IMG/VR virus record: IMGVR_UViG_3300028129_000026
Coordinates: 1-37,498 of that record
DNA length: 37,498 nt
Strand: one strand, 5' to 3'
DNA from: a virus
Taxonomy: Duplodnaviria; Caudoviricetes
Shown: in pieces, positions 7,580 to 17,654 of the stretch
Numbering within the stretch: the first letter of the stretch is position 1
How the letters are laid out: each line of letters opens with the position of its first letter
Translations under genes and position numbers: made by a program
The notes under the pieces: generated by a model
Told to the model about the DNA's origin: nothing
The model's database searches: none
What the model saw: only the letters and a program-made list of their open reading frames with translations

Positions 7580-10477
7580 TTATGCAAAGTTTCCAGTTGC
7601 AATTTCTCCTGTATTTAAGATTGTTACTCTCGATACTAAGATTTCAAGACCTTTAACCGGCTCAACGTAAGTATCTAAAATACCCATGTTGTTGTCAATA
7701 ACTTCGTTAGTGTTGTTAGTTCCGTCCATGATGTTTCTGTAATCGTAAACACCACCATCTTTCTTAACTGACTCCATAAAGTTGTCTGCTAAAGTCTTAA
7801 TCTCTAATCTCGTTTGAGCGTTATTAAATTCGAATAAGTAATTCTTTAAGATTTCAGCAAGTCCATCTTCAATGTAAATCATTGCTTCTCTTACGTGAGC
7901 AGAAGAAAGCGCTGATTGAATTGATTGTTGTGCAGTCTTGTTACCTTTAATTGTTAATCCTACGCCTCTTTCGAATACGATTGGGTTAATACCAAATGGC
8001 TCAAGAACATCTCTATCGTTTTTATCAAATGAAAATTCAAGTGATTGTACGTTAGTACCGCCTACAACACCTCTTCTTGGCCCTGCAATGATTGACCATG
8101 GTAATGCGTCGCTGTATTTATCAATATAGTTATTTGATACGTAAGCCGCTGGTGGAACAATTTTAACTCTTCCATTCTCTAGGACATTAAGACCTGGAGA
8201 GTAGTAGAATCCAAAGTTTGCACCTTCATTAAGGCTTGGTAATGTATATAATAACGTTGGGTTTAATTCTAAGTTACCACCTGTTGCAATGTGTCTTACT
8301 TCAAATGCTCCAGTTTGAGCGTTTAAGAATGATGGGTTAGTAGAAGCTTTAAGCTCATGTACCATTGGTCCGTTTAAGATCGCAGATGCATTTTGTCTTT
8401 CTTTACAAAGTAACGTAATTGCTTCTTTGTTAAGAATTGTTGGGCCTTCTAATGAACCAAATGTATCAACTACATATCTAAATGTAATAGCATCTTTATC
8501 AACTAAAGTATTTGATAAGCCGTTACCCGGTGTTAATTGTGCTAATAATTCAGAAATTTTTCTGTCATTAATAACTGCACCTTCAATCGGGAACATTGTA
8601 TAAGTTGAAGTAGCATCTTCATATCTCTTAAGAGCGTATGTAGGTTCAACTTCTAAGTTTCTGTGTGTAATAAATCTATATGTATAAGTTTTAGTACCTG
8701 CTGCTACGTCTTCAACTACTGGAGCTTTTTGAATCTGTAAGATTCTTGCTAGTTTTCCAGATACTGAATCTAGAACATACATTCCTACTTTAATGTTTGA
8801 ATTAAATGCAGGTTCTGCTGCAGCAATAGCAACTGTTTTAGTGAATCTAGATTTACCAGTTCCTTCTGGTGTAAATGTCCATCCAGAAGTAATTAATTCT
8901 ACTCTATCGTTTTCATTAATTGTATATACTGGTAATATAGCAGTATCTGCTCTTTGGTATACTAAGAATGATGCCGCACCTGCTTCTACGTATTCACTAG
9001 AAACTGCGTCTTCACAATTTAATATAGTTTGTCCACTAACTTCAACTGCATTAATAAATTTTACCTTTTCACCAGTTGATGCGCTCTTTAAGAAAGCACC
9101 TGCTGCTAAATCACCGAAAATCACATCAGCAATTGGCGCATCGATTACTAGTTTACCATCAAGGCCAACAGTAATATTTGCGTTATAAGCTACACCTGTA
9201 GTTGCATCAGCGAATGTAGGTGGATTTCCAACTGTAGTAAATGATTCGTATGTTCCATCAATTTCATTGATTCCAAACGCACCACTAACTGTAATTTTTG
9301 AATCAGTCCCGTCATCTGATATAGATATAACTTGAGAATATTCATTATTTAATCCAGCGATTGTTGATAATAAAAAGCTACCAACTTCAAGATCTGTTGG
9401 TAAATCACCAATTAATGTATTTCTAACATATAAATCATTACCATCAATTTCCACTGTTTTATTAAGTGCAAGATCATCTACAGAAACTCCCTGTGCGATA
9501 TTGTGTGATAATAATTGATAATCTTGATAAAGATCAAAACCTTCACCAATAAGATCAATATTTTCTAAAGCATCTTCATTAACTGCACAGAATAAACCTG
9601 TTCTTCTTGCTTCTAGATTAATTAAAGTTTCAATATATAATTGTCTTCCTTCATTATCCATAAATTCTGGAATTAAAGATCCACTATATTGTGAAATTAA
9701 ACTTACTTCTCTTAAGTTTGTAAATGCTCCTAATTGAGATTTTATTAAACCTTTAGTATCAAAATACTGCCCGTAAACTGGGTCGTTATTTAATGTAGGT
9801 GCATCAAAATTACCTTTATAAACTAAAACATCTACCATGTAATCAGAAACATATTCTAATGCGTCGATTCCTTCTGGAATATTTCCTTCACCATACCACT
9901 CTCTTGCTGTAACTTCAAAGCCTGCAACATTTGCAGCTTGTTTTACAATAATCGTAATTGGATCTTGTTTAATGTTTGTAAACGTAATAGCTTTATTTGA
10001 ATTTGATTCAGTATTACTAGCTGCTGCTAACACTTTCGCGTCAGACGGAGTCCAGAACTTATCTGTATCAAATACATCTGCATATTTTGTTGTTAAAAAA
10101 GATGCGTTGATTCCTTGTTCGCCACCATCAGTAATTAAAGACACCATACTTACTTGATCAGAATCTGCTAAAAGTGCTTCTTTTGCATCTGCTGTAGTTA
10201 AGTTAAGTGCTAAAATAGGACCTCTTGATAGAGTTTCTAATGCTGATCTGTGGAAAAACATTCCATCTTTTTCTAAAGACTTGTCAATACCACCGAAAAC
10301 TTGTACGAATTGCTCAGTATCTTCAATGAATACTGGAGTGTTGTAAGGACCTTTTTTAGATCTACCTACAACTAATCTAATAGTTTCAGCAGGGATATTA
10401 ACCGTCTGTGATTTGTCAAACTCTAAGCGATATACGCCTGAGCTCTTGAACTGTTGTAATTGAGGACTTAATGCCAT
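7580..10477 (-). CDS. gp18: Contractile tail sheath protein (gp18-like) with a large insertion
   Basis: N-terminal SSGVYRLEFDKS and KGPYNTPV. C-terminal PWSIIAGPRRG, DRDVLEPFGINPI, FEFNNAQTR and NTNEVIDNN..DTYVEPVKGLE. Confidence 0.92.
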   Translation of the reverse strand: MALSPQLQQFKSSGVYRLEFDKSQTVNIPAETIRLVVGRSKKGPYNTPVFIEDTEQFVQVFGGIDKSLEKDGMFFHRSALETLSRGPILALNLTTADAKEALLADSDQVSMVSLITDGGEQGINASFLTTKYADVFDTDKFWTPSDAKVLAAASNTESNSNKAITFTNIKQDPITIIVKQAANVAGFEVTAREWYGEGNIPEGIDALEYVSDYMVDVLVYKGNFDAPTLNNDPVYGQYFDTKGLIKSQLGAFTNLREVSLISQYSGSLIPEFMDNEGRQLYIETLINLEARRTGLFCAVNEDALENIDLIGEGFDLYQDYQLLSHNIAQGVSVDDLALNKTVEIDGNDLYVRNTLIGDLPTDLEVGSFLLSTIAGLNNEYSQVISISDDGTDSKITVSGAFGINEIDGTYESFTTVGNPPTFADATTGVAYNANITVGLDGKLVIDAPIADVIFGDLAAGAFLKSASTGEKVKFINAVEVSGQTILNCEDAVSSEYVEAGAASFLVYQRADTAILPVYTINENDRVELITSGWTFTPEGTGKSRFTKTVAIAAAEPAFNSNIKVGMYVLDSVSGKLARILQIQKAPVVEDVAAGTKTYTYRFITHRNLEVEPTYALKRYEDATSTYTMFPIEGAVINDRKISELLAQLTPGNGLSNTLVDKDAITFRYVVDTFGSLEGPTILNKEAITLLCKERQNASAILNGPMVHELKASTNPSFLNAQTGAFEVRHIATGGNLELNPTLLYTLPSLNEGANFGFYYSPGLNVLENGRVKIVPPAAYVSNNYIDKYSDALPWSIIAGPRRGVVGGTNVQSLEFSFDKNDRDVLEPFGINPIVFERGVGLTIKGNKTAQQSIQSALSSAHVREAMIYIEDGLAEILKNYLFEFNNAQTRLEIKTLADNFMESVKKDGGVYDYRNIMDGTNNTNEVIDNNMGILDTYVEPVKGLEILVSRVTILNTGEIATGNFA

Positions 10478-10508
10478 AGTTGTTCTAATTTATTTTTTTT
10501 ACTTTTAT

Positions 10509-10516
10509 TATATATC
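10509..10516 (-). promoter_or_regulatory. Putative late promoter GATATATA
   Basis: Exact octamer 31 nt upstream of the sheath start. Confidence 0.8.
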
Positions 10517-10533
10517 CGGTTTATTCTTGTAAT

Positions 10534-12363
10534 TTATTTAAGTAGGTCATAAATATCATATTGTAGATCTCCTTCGCTATCATTATCTTTAAATAATATA
10601 CTTTCCATTTTATTATGTATCTCTAAATCTATAAAATCTAGGGCCTCTTCTACAAAATCTGCATAGTCAGTTGTATTAAAAAATTCAGTTGCAGTAATCG
10701 CAGTCATTATAACATCATCATGTCCCATTTGAGCCCCATAACTTCCATTTCTTAATGTACCAAATAGACTCGCTTCGATTACTGTTTCTTCATCTGTTAT
10801 ATCTATCCTATTATCTCCATACAATTTAGAGAAATTCTGACAAAATATTGCTTTATTATCAGATTTAAGTTTAATACCTGGTTTTAAAGTCCTTGCATCA
10901 TGCCTATGTTTAAATCTTACAATCATCTCATCATCAAAATCATTCTTCTGTGGAAACACTGTTTTTAAATATTGAAAAAGAACAGTACCGTATGTATTAT
11001 ATTCCACAATCATTTTAACGTTCTCATTATAAAATATATCTACAGATAATGTATAAAGAACTTTTGCAAAATCTTCAATGACATGTTCATTACTTCTAAA
11101 TCTAGCAACTTGCTTAAATTTAAAGAAGTCATACATTGCTCCGGCGTTATTAACCGCCTCTAGCTCTTTCATATTCATTGGCTGTAATTCAAAAATATTA
11201 ATTACCGAAGCATCACCACCATTACCTTCTGCAATATCTACAGAAAATAACCAGAATTTTTCTGGATTTCTACATTCATCAATATCAAAATTAGCATCCC
11301 ATTCTAAGAAACCCTTTACATCAATTGAAATATAATCAAACTCATCAAATTCATGATGTATATACTTCTTTGCACGCTTTCGCATTTTTTTAATAGAAAT
11401 AGGATCTAATAAAAGATTAGAAGAACTTACAAATTCGTTTCCGTATTGTTTATTAAAGGCTTCAATAGAGCCTAAGTTTCCTAATTCTCTTTCATACCAA
11501 GCATCATCTCGATCTGGATGTTCCCACCAATCAATACGTTGTGCATTATAAACATTATCACCTCGTTCTGCACCTGCATATATTTGATAAAATTTGTTAA
11601 ACCCATTTGGAGTGGATGTAATTGTAATTCTAGAAACATTAGATGCTGAAAGAGTTGGATAAACATTTTCATAAAAACTTTCTGCAATTGAAGGGTGAAT
11701 GTGAGCAAACTCATCTAAGTATAAGTTATGGATTGTAAATCCAATACCTGATTTTGCCGTAGTTGATTGACCTATTAGTCGACAGCCATTATCACATCTT
11801 ACATTCATTACATCATACTTAATAATACCAGGTTTCATAAAGTATGGTAGATTCTCAACTACAGTTTTAGCCTTATCAATAATTTCTTTTGTAGAATCTG
11901 ATTTATTAGCAAGTAGTAGAGTGTTCTTATCAGTATTAAATGTTAAGTACCATGCATTAAATATAGAGGCTGTTACGGTTTTACCCATTTGACGAGAAGC
12001 AAGTACAATATTAAATCTTTCATTTTGAAAGTTTCTCAACATAGTCTTTTGATAATCTCTAAGTTTTACTTGTTGAATACCTTCATCTGTCATTACTACT
12101 GCATACTTCTCTGCAAAGTAAACGATATCGGTTGCACATCTTGCAAGCTCTGTAATCTCTTCATCTGTATATTCAAATACAATATTACCTTTACGTAAAA
12201 ATTGTCTACCTTCATAAAAAGGTAACTTAATCTTAGGACGATAACCCTGATCCATGGCAACCAATAAATCATTGATCTGCTTAGTTGACCAAACAATTCT
12301 TTCTGACATTGCATCAGACTCTCCCTTTGGAATCCATTTATTATCGCCTACGTAATCGCTCAT
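10534..12363 (-). CDS. gp17: Terminase large subunit
   Basis: LRDYQ adenine-binding motif, Walker A SRQMGKT, Walker B LYLDEFAH, coupling motif TSTPNG, nuclease motifs VDIAEG and HDD. Confidence 0.96.
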   Translation of the reverse strand: MSDYVGDNKWIPKGESDAMSERIVWSTKQINDLLVAMDQGYRPKIKLPFYEGRQFLRKGNIVFEYTDEEITELARCATDIVYFAEKYAVVMTDEGIQQVKLRDYQKTMLRNFQNERFNIVLASRQMGKTVTASIFNAWYLTFNTDKNTLLLANKSDSTKEIIDKAKTVVENLPYFMKPGIIKYDVMNVRCDNGCRLIGQSTTAKSGIGFTIHNLYLDEFAHIHPSIAESFYENVYPTLSASNVSRITITSTPNGFNKFYQIYAGAERGDNVYNAQRIDWWEHPDRDDAWYERELGNLGSIEAFNKQYGNEFVSSSNLLLDPISIKKMRKRAKKYIHHEFDEFDYISIDVKGFLEWDANFDIDECRNPEKFWLFSVDIAEGNGGDASVINIFELQPMNMKELEAVNNAGAMYDFFKFKQVARFRSNEHVIEDFAKVLYTLSVDIFYNENVKMIVEYNTYGTVLFQYLKTVFPQKNDFDDEMIVRFKHRHDARTLKPGIKLKSDNKAIFCQNFSKLYGDNRIDITDEETVIEASLFGTLRNGSYGAQMGHDDVIMTAITATEFFNTTDYADFVEEALDFIDLEIHNKMESILFKDNDSEGDLQYDIYDLLK

Positions 12364-13013
12364 TATTCTTTATCTTCTTCGATATCTTCTATATCCGATG
12401 TTTTAATACCTGCTTGTATTGCAGCCATTAAATCTTTTGTACCTCTTTGTATATTTTTATCATTTGAGTCTCCGCCCGCTGCTTCTATTTCTCGAGTATC
12501 ATCTCTCTTCTTGTAGATCTCAATATCTCTAGCAATACGCTTTGTAGATTCCTCAGCTGCCATTAAATACATTGTCTGTGATTTAATAATATCTAACATT
12601 GATTTCTGTAAAGTTGCTAACACCTCAAACATTCTTGGTGCTAATTCTCCAGAGTCAATTGTTTCTAGTAGAGTAGTTAAGGCTCTTTCACCTGCTTGTA
12701 ATTGATAAATTAAAGAAGACATTGTCATCTCATCCATCTTTTTCTTAGCAGCAATATATTCATCTTTCTCAATGATATCTGCATCAAGGTAGAATTTCAT
12801 AAGGCTAGTTATAGTCTTTTGTGCTTTCTTAGTTGCACTAGATTTTAATTCTGTATAATTAACCTGCGGTACTAAATCTTTAGAAGGCTCTGATATTGGC
12901 AAATCATTTGGATCACTTTCAACATCTAGACTTTCTTCATCTCCTATTAAAAAGTCAAGCTCTTCTCTAATTTTATCAGCCTGTTCTGAAATACTTGGTT
13001 TCTTTTCGCTCAT
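12363..13013 (-). CDS. Probable terminase small subunit (gp16-like)
   Basis: PRMFEVLATLQKSMLD resembles the gp16 PRxxEV helix. Translationally coupled to terL. Confidence 0.65.
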   Translation of the reverse strand: MSEKKPSISEQADKIREELDFLIGDEESLDVESDPNDLPISEPSKDLVPQVNYTELKSSATKKAQKTITSLMKFYLDADIIEKDEYIAAKKKMDEMTMSSLIYQLQAGERALTTLLETIDSGELAPRMFEVLATLQKSMLDIIKSQTMYLMAAEESTKRIARDIEIYKKRDDTREIEAAGGDSNDKNIQRGTKDLMAAIQAGIKTSDIEDIEEDKE

Positions 13014-13030
13014 ATTATTATATTATAATC

Positions 13031-13038
13031 TATATATC
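13031..13038 (-). promoter_or_regulatory. Putative late promoter GATATATA
   Basis: Exact octamer 17 nt upstream of the terS-like start. Confidence 0.8.
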
Positions 13039-13069
13039 TAGAAATGCTACGGTAAAATTTAGATATTAT

Positions 13070-15007
13070 TTACCTGCTTTGGTCGTATCTTCTTAAGTTA
13101 ATTGAAGGGATAGCGTTATCTATAATATGTGCAAGTTGATTATCTCTAACAATATATTGTTGTAAAATATTCATGTGCTGTTCAGTACCAATTATCTTTT
13201 TAAATAATCTAATATTGGTAATGTCTAGATCCGCTGGCATTAATTGATATTTCTTTTCTAACATCCATCCATAAGGACTTGAAAAATTCTTGGCAGTATG
13301 ATTAATTCTTTCAAATGTTTTATTCATAGTACTTGAATTTTGCCAATTACTCATAGGATCTAATTTATATGTAGATACTGTAAATGTTTTTATTCCATTG
13401 TTTAAATTAAATACAAAACCATACCATGTTTTATTATCTAGTGCAACTTCATGTGCTATCGTATGTAAATCATTGTTAATTTTAATAATTGTTTCTTCTG
13501 CATTAATACTTATTTCTAAACCTTTATTATTTTGATATCCATCAAATATAATCTGATGTGTATTTCCTACAAACTTAGGTCTAATCCAGGCTGTAAATGC
13601 TAAATTATCTTTAACGCCAAGTTGTGATTTTTTATTATAGACTAGAAGTTCTACATTTGAATCTTGAGTAGATCTAAGATCATAGTGATTTTTAGATACT
13701 AAAGTCCATCTATTTCTAATCTCTCCATCGATAATTTTCAGTCCAGTGTTAATTCTAAACCTTGTACCATCACCAACTTCTGTAAATGTAGTTTGATATT
13801 GAGTTGGCTTAGTAGTCTGTGCATATTCATCTTTAATTTCTTCACCAAATATTTCATCAACACCAACTGTTAAATCTTCTAATTCTTGTTCAACTGTAGT
13901 ATCTGTAATAATATTTGACGTACGCTCTTCGAACTTTTTCAAAAAGAGTTTCCAATATGTCATGTGTTCATTAAACTCATCTGCATATTGAACTGCATTT
14001 ACCTCATACATTCTATTTACAAGAGGAAAATATAAATAATCTCTCATTCTAGGACTTGGTCCAATACCAAATGCATTTTTAAACTGTCCTTTAGTTAAAT
14101 GAATTTCAAAATCTTCAAATCCCATTCCAAAAATATCATAACTAAATTGCGCAGTTGGCATTTCATTATCTGGAACCATTATCTTAAGTTCACCTTGCTC
14201 AACAACATTATAAAGAGAATATTCCATAAGAATCACATCTTTACTTCTCTTATCAGGTTCTACTCTAAAGTATTTTACAGTGTGTCCCCAAATGTCTGTT
14301 GATAATTCTGTAAGTTGTTCGTATGTTTTAGTTGGTTGTTTTAAATTATAAGGGTCATAAAGATTATCATCACAATCCACTATAATATTTGCACAACCAT
14401 CCATTGCAATTGAATCTGTACAGTCTCCACAAAAATCAGGACATACCACTATTGTACCAGCATCAGTTTCAAGTGTAAATGAATTTGAAAGTAAGCTTAT
14501 TGTATTTGCATCACCCAATGCAGTAACACTTAATTTTAATCTGATCCAAAGTGGTTTATTAGGATCAAATTCAAGTGCTAATAAACTTGGGCCTAATGGT
14601 AAGAATTCACTCATCTGCCCACCAGAACTACCCTCTGGTTCTTGAGACCAACTATATTCATAGCTAAATTGATTATTACTATCTGGTAATAAATAAAACG
14701 AAAGGCCAGATGCTGTAAAGACTGGCGCTTCGGTTAATGTAAATGTAGTAGCATCAATTATTTCATGTACTTGATATTTAACATTACCTACGATAAATTC
14801 CTGACCAGCAATTAATGGCAATTGCGGAACTCCAGTATAAGTTACTGTTGTGATTGCATCAATAAAATTAAGTTTGCCATAAGTATTTGGAGTAGTTACA
14901 CCAGCAATAATATCCCAACCGAGTATTTTTTTAACACTGGTATATGGTTCTATCATTGTACTGTAGAAAACATCTCCTATTTGATTTGCTGTGTAATTAG
15001 TTACCAT
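13070..15007 (-). CDS. Neck protein gp14-like, with N-terminal beta domain and C-terminal LamG/ConA-like extension
   Basis: Central WGHTVKYF...FGMGFED...PRMRDYLYFPLVNRMYEV matches the gp14 PxxGDLIYFP...FE motif. C-terminal AFTAWIRP..TWYGFVF..ITNIRLF is LamG-like. Confidence 0.7.
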   Translation of the reverse strand: MVTNYTANQIGDVFYSTMIEPYTSVKKILGWDIIAGVTTPNTYGKLNFIDAITTVTYTGVPQLPLIAGQEFIVGNVKYQVHEIIDATTFTLTEAPVFTASGLSFYLLPDSNNQFSYEYSWSQEPEGSSGGQMSEFLPLGPSLLALEFDPNKPLWIRLKLSVTALGDANTISLLSNSFTLETDAGTIVVCPDFCGDCTDSIAMDGCANIIVDCDDNLYDPYNLKQPTKTYEQLTELSTDIWGHTVKYFRVEPDKRSKDVILMEYSLYNVVEQGELKIMVPDNEMPTAQFSYDIFGMGFEDFEIHLTKGQFKNAFGIGPSPRMRDYLYFPLVNRMYEVNAVQYADEFNEHMTYWKLFLKKFEERTSNIITDTTVEQELEDLTVGVDEIFGEEIKDEYAQTTKPTQYQTTFTEVGDGTRFRINTGLKIIDGEIRNRWTLVSKNHYDLRSTQDSNVELLVYNKKSQLGVKDNLAFTAWIRPKFVGNTHQIIFDGYQNNKGLEISINAEETIIKINNDLHTIAHEVALDNKTWYGFVFNLNNGIKTFTVSTYKLDPMSNWQNSSTMNKTFERINHTAKNFSSPYGWMLEKKYQLMPADLDITNIRLFKKIIGTEQHMNILQQYIVRDNQLAHIIDNAIPSINLRRYDQSR

Positions 15008-15038
15008 TTAATATACTGGCATAACGCCTATGTTTTGT

Positions 15039-15689
15039 TTATATATCCGATTTAATATCAGTGATTAAAAGCACCTCAGGATTATCTGGCTCGAATGCTT
15101 CTAATTTTAAAATAATAGGATTTAATAAGGACATAACATCTGTTGAATTATGCTCAGATATGTATAAATCTAAAGATTGTAATAAGTTATGTAATCTAAA
15201 AACTTTAAAGTACTCACCATCTTTTAGAATTCCGCCATGGATTAAAAGTCTATTAACACTATCTAGTTCACTCTCTCTAAAAACATTAAAAAGTTTTATT
15301 GTACCTCTTAATGTTTTAATGCTAAATTTAATTGTTTTAATTTCATCAATTTCTGTAAGTCTATTATAGTTAGCGTTTTTATTAAGAGTTATCTTAACCC
15401 AACTTAAATTAGACATTGTTTTAAAAATATGATTTATAAAATAGACTGAGGTTGCCTCTTTGTGTATTGTACCTTCACCAAGTGCTGCTATTTTATTTAA
15501 ATCATAAGTAAACCTACTATTTATAATAGTCTTTAAAGAATCTGCTCTAACAAGTATTGAATCTTCAGAAAGGATCTTATGTCCTGAGTTTCTTTTTACC
15601 AAACCCCATATTTTTAAGTCTACAGAATTATATTTATAAAGTGTAATATCTACTACTTCTGTAAATCTATCAGTTTCTTGAGTATACAT
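15039..15689 (-). CDS. Hypothetical protein (216 aa)
   Basis: Fills the operon and overlaps the upstream gene by 20 nt. No motif recognised. Confidence 0.7.
   Translation of the reverse strand: MYTQETDRFTEVVDITLYKYNSVDLKIWGLVKRNSGHKILSEDSILVRADSLKTIINSRFTYDLNKIAALGEGTIHKEATSVYFINHIFKTMSNLSWVKITLNKNANYNRLTEIDEIKTIKFSIKTLRGTIKLFNVFRESELDSVNRLLIHGGILKDGEYFKVFRLHNLLQSLDLYISEHNSTDVMSLLNPIILKLEAFEPDNPEVLLITDIKSDI
15040..15047 (-). promoter_or_regulatory. Putative late promoter GATATATA (within the upstream stop region)
   Basis: Exact octamer 32 nt upstream of the gp14-like start, formed by codons GAT ATA TAA. Confidence 0.75.
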
Positions 15690-16104
15690 CTATTTGGGTC
15701 TCGATTTTTTGCAAATCAGCATATAAATCTTCTTTTGCAAATGTTTTTAATTCATTAAATTCTCGCATGCCTATTTCATTCTTTTTTAAAAATAGATCTA
15801 CTGCCTTTTCACTTGGAATATATTTATCCGCCTTTTTGGCGGCGGCAGACTTTTTAGTCTTAGTATACCACCAACCTGGGACTGATTTAAAACGCTGAGC
15901 AACCAGACCCCAGCTCTCAACAACATTTGCACCACTAATTCCATTTAGATTAAATAGATTTGAATTAGTAGGATATTTAATAGCAAAGAAGCGATTAATC
16001 ATAAAGTGATGTCGCTTCTTTGTATGGTTTTTTATATTCTCGAATTGAGAACGCTTTGTAAACATTATTTTTACAAAGTCAAATAACTTAGTATCATCTA
16101 GCAT
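15670..16104 (-). CDS. Possible clamp loader small subunit (gp62-like)
   Basis: LFDFVK...FMINRFF...W.TKTKK is reminiscent of short marine T4-like gp62 proteins. Close to gp44. Confidence 0.45.
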   Translation of the reverse strand: MLDDTKLFDFVKIMFTKRSQFENIKNHTKKRHHFMINRFFAIKYPTNSNLFNLNGISGANVVESWGLVAQRFKSVPGWWYTKTKKSAAAKKADKYIPSEKAVDLFLKKNEIGMREFNELKTFAKEDLYADLQKIETQIDVYSRN

Positions 16105-16109
16105 ATTAC

Positions 16110-16136
16110 TTATATGTTCTTAAAGAGTAAAGTTTA
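16110..16136 (-). promoter_or_regulatory. Putative middle-type promoter TAAAC-N15-CATATAA
   Basis: Same spacing as the other copies. Only 5 nt before the ATG at 16104. Confidence 0.6.
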
Positions 16137-16295
16137 CCCTATTAAAGTGTTAAATGCATGTTGATATGCATCTACTTTTGAAAAATTATGAAGAGCTTCA
16201 ATTTTGTTTGCAAGATCTATAACTTCTGGTTTTAGATTATGTGCATTTGCTTCTGCTAATATTTCTTCTATTTGAATATAATCAGTTAGTGTCAT
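16134..16295 (-). CDS. Small hypothetical protein (53 aa), below the ORF-track cutoff
   Basis: MTLTDYIQIEEILAEANAHNLKPEVIDLANKIEALHNFSKVDAYQHAFNTLIG*. Starts 1 nt after the rnh stop and fills the gap. Confidence 0.7.
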   Translation of the reverse strand: MTLTDYIQIEEILAEANAHNLKPEVIDLANKIEALHNFSKVDAYQHAFNTLIG

Positions 16296-16296
16296 A

Positions 16297-17553
16297 TTAG
16301 AACAACTTTTTAGTTGGATCTTTCTTTATGTTCTTAGTTTTCTTACCTACTAATTTCATAGGCTTAACCTTTTCTTCTTTTGGAATATCCATGCCAGCAA
16401 ACGGATCTGGAGCATAACTTGATTTACCCTCTAGCCAACCAGTACCTTCTAGTATTTTTTCCATGTCCTGTACAACTTCAATGCTATCTAAGGCACCTTC
16501 CCAATCTTTTTCTATAGCACTATAGATTGCACGTTGAATTGAATCTGGTATAGTTCTATTATGTAATAACATTAGTGCAATATTATTAGTAAGGTTGTTT
16601 TTAATAAGGTTTGTAGAAGTACGACCAATAACTCGGTATATTATATCAACTAATCTGTCTTTTTGTTCTTCTGAAAACAAGTAGTCAATCTTAAAGGTTT
16701 CACCCTCTTTAATAAACTGCTCATATATTTTAGTTGCAAGCTTATCTGTAATTGAATAGCTACGCAATTTACCGCCTTTCATTTCTTTTTGCCATGTAAC
16801 AACAGAAGGAATATTATCGGATTTGTCACCTGTAAGAATCTTAATAAAGATAAACTTTTCACAATCAACTTCTGTAGTTTCTATCTTATTAGCAATAGTC
16901 CAGTCTAGTATTTGTTTTTGATAACGATCTCGCATCATGTGTTGACCGCCCATATTAAATAGCATATCATCTTCTGACATATCTGCAGCTGCCGATTCTA
17001 TCATATCTTGCATAAAACCTTCATAAGCATATAATGACTTTTTAGTATTGTAATACCAAATCGTATGAGCGTCATTAGCTTTTGAATAGTTTACTAATTG
17101 GATAAGGTCTCTATCACCTGTCCAAACTAGACAAGATTTACCACGATTATTTAGCATAGTTGACCAACCGAATAGAACATCATCCGCTTCTGCACCTTGT
17201 ATTTGGTGTACAACTACACCTTTAGTTGCAAGTATTTCTTGCCATGCTTCATAGACTTCATATACTGCTGACCATTCAACATTACTATTTGGTTTACGAG
17301 TGCCTTTATAGCCGGCATCCGGATATAAGTCCTTACGCCAAGACTTTGAATCTACTGTAAGAACTACGTCATCTACAAAACCACCAAGCTTACGCATCTC
17401 TGATGCAAAGTCAATTGATAGCTTGCGCATAAATTGTTTCTTTTGTTTATCATCACCCAACAGCTTGCCTGTTTTAGGTTTTGGTAAAACAAATAATCTG
17501 CTAAAAACAAAATAGTTTCCGTCGATTAATAATGTGTGTTTTCCCACTTTCAT
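16297..17553 (-). CDS. rnh: T4-type RNase H / 5'-3' (flap) exonuclease
   Basis: LLIDGN, SWRKDLYP..YKGTR, EADD, TGDRDLIQL and GDKSDNIP motifs. Confidence 0.92.
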   Translation of the reverse strand: MKVGKHTLLIDGNYFVFSRLFVLPKPKTGKLLGDDKQKKQFMRKLSIDFASEMRKLGGFVDDVVLTVDSKSWRKDLYPDAGYKGTRKPNSNVEWSAVYEVYEAWQEILATKGVVVHQIQGAEADDVLFGWSTMLNNRGKSCLVWTGDRDLIQLVNYSKANDAHTIWYYNTKKSLYAYEGFMQDMIESAAADMSEDDMLFNMGGQHMMRDRYQKQILDWTIANKIETTEVDCEKFIFIKILTGDKSDNIPSVVTWQKEMKGGKLRSYSITDKLATKIYEQFIKEGETFKIDYLFSEEQKDRLVDIIYRVIGRTSTNLIKNNLTNNIALMLLHNRTIPDSIQRAIYSAIEKDWEGALDSIEVVQDMEKILEGTGWLEGKSSYAPDPFAGMDIPKEEKVKPMKLVGKKTKNIKKDPTKKLF

Positions 17554-17595
17554 TTTTATTCTTATTAAGAAAGGCTCTGCCTTTATGTTACAGTA

Positions 17596-17646
17596 CTAAT
17601 ATAAACAAAATAATTGACATAAAAAAATCTAGAGGCAATTATTTTG
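17596..17646 (-). promoter_or_regulatory. Candidate early, host-type promoter TATATTAG with an adjacent 11-bp inverted repeat
   Basis: TATATTAG (17596..17603) is one mismatch from the Bacteroidota -7 element TAnnTTTG. caaaataattg (17606..17616) and caattattttg (17636..17646) form a perfect inverted repeat. Confidence 0.4.
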
Positions 17647-17654
17647 CAAAAACT

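Noticed and set aside
10534-12363. Intein or intron in terminase (also checked by eye in the helicase, portal and capsid genes)
   Set aside because: Lengths are ordinary, motifs are contiguous, and no intein splice motifs were seen.
17614-17645. Plus-strand TTGACA as a sigma70 -35 element
   Set aside because: There is no good -10 at 16-18 nt spacing, and it would point antisense into gp44.
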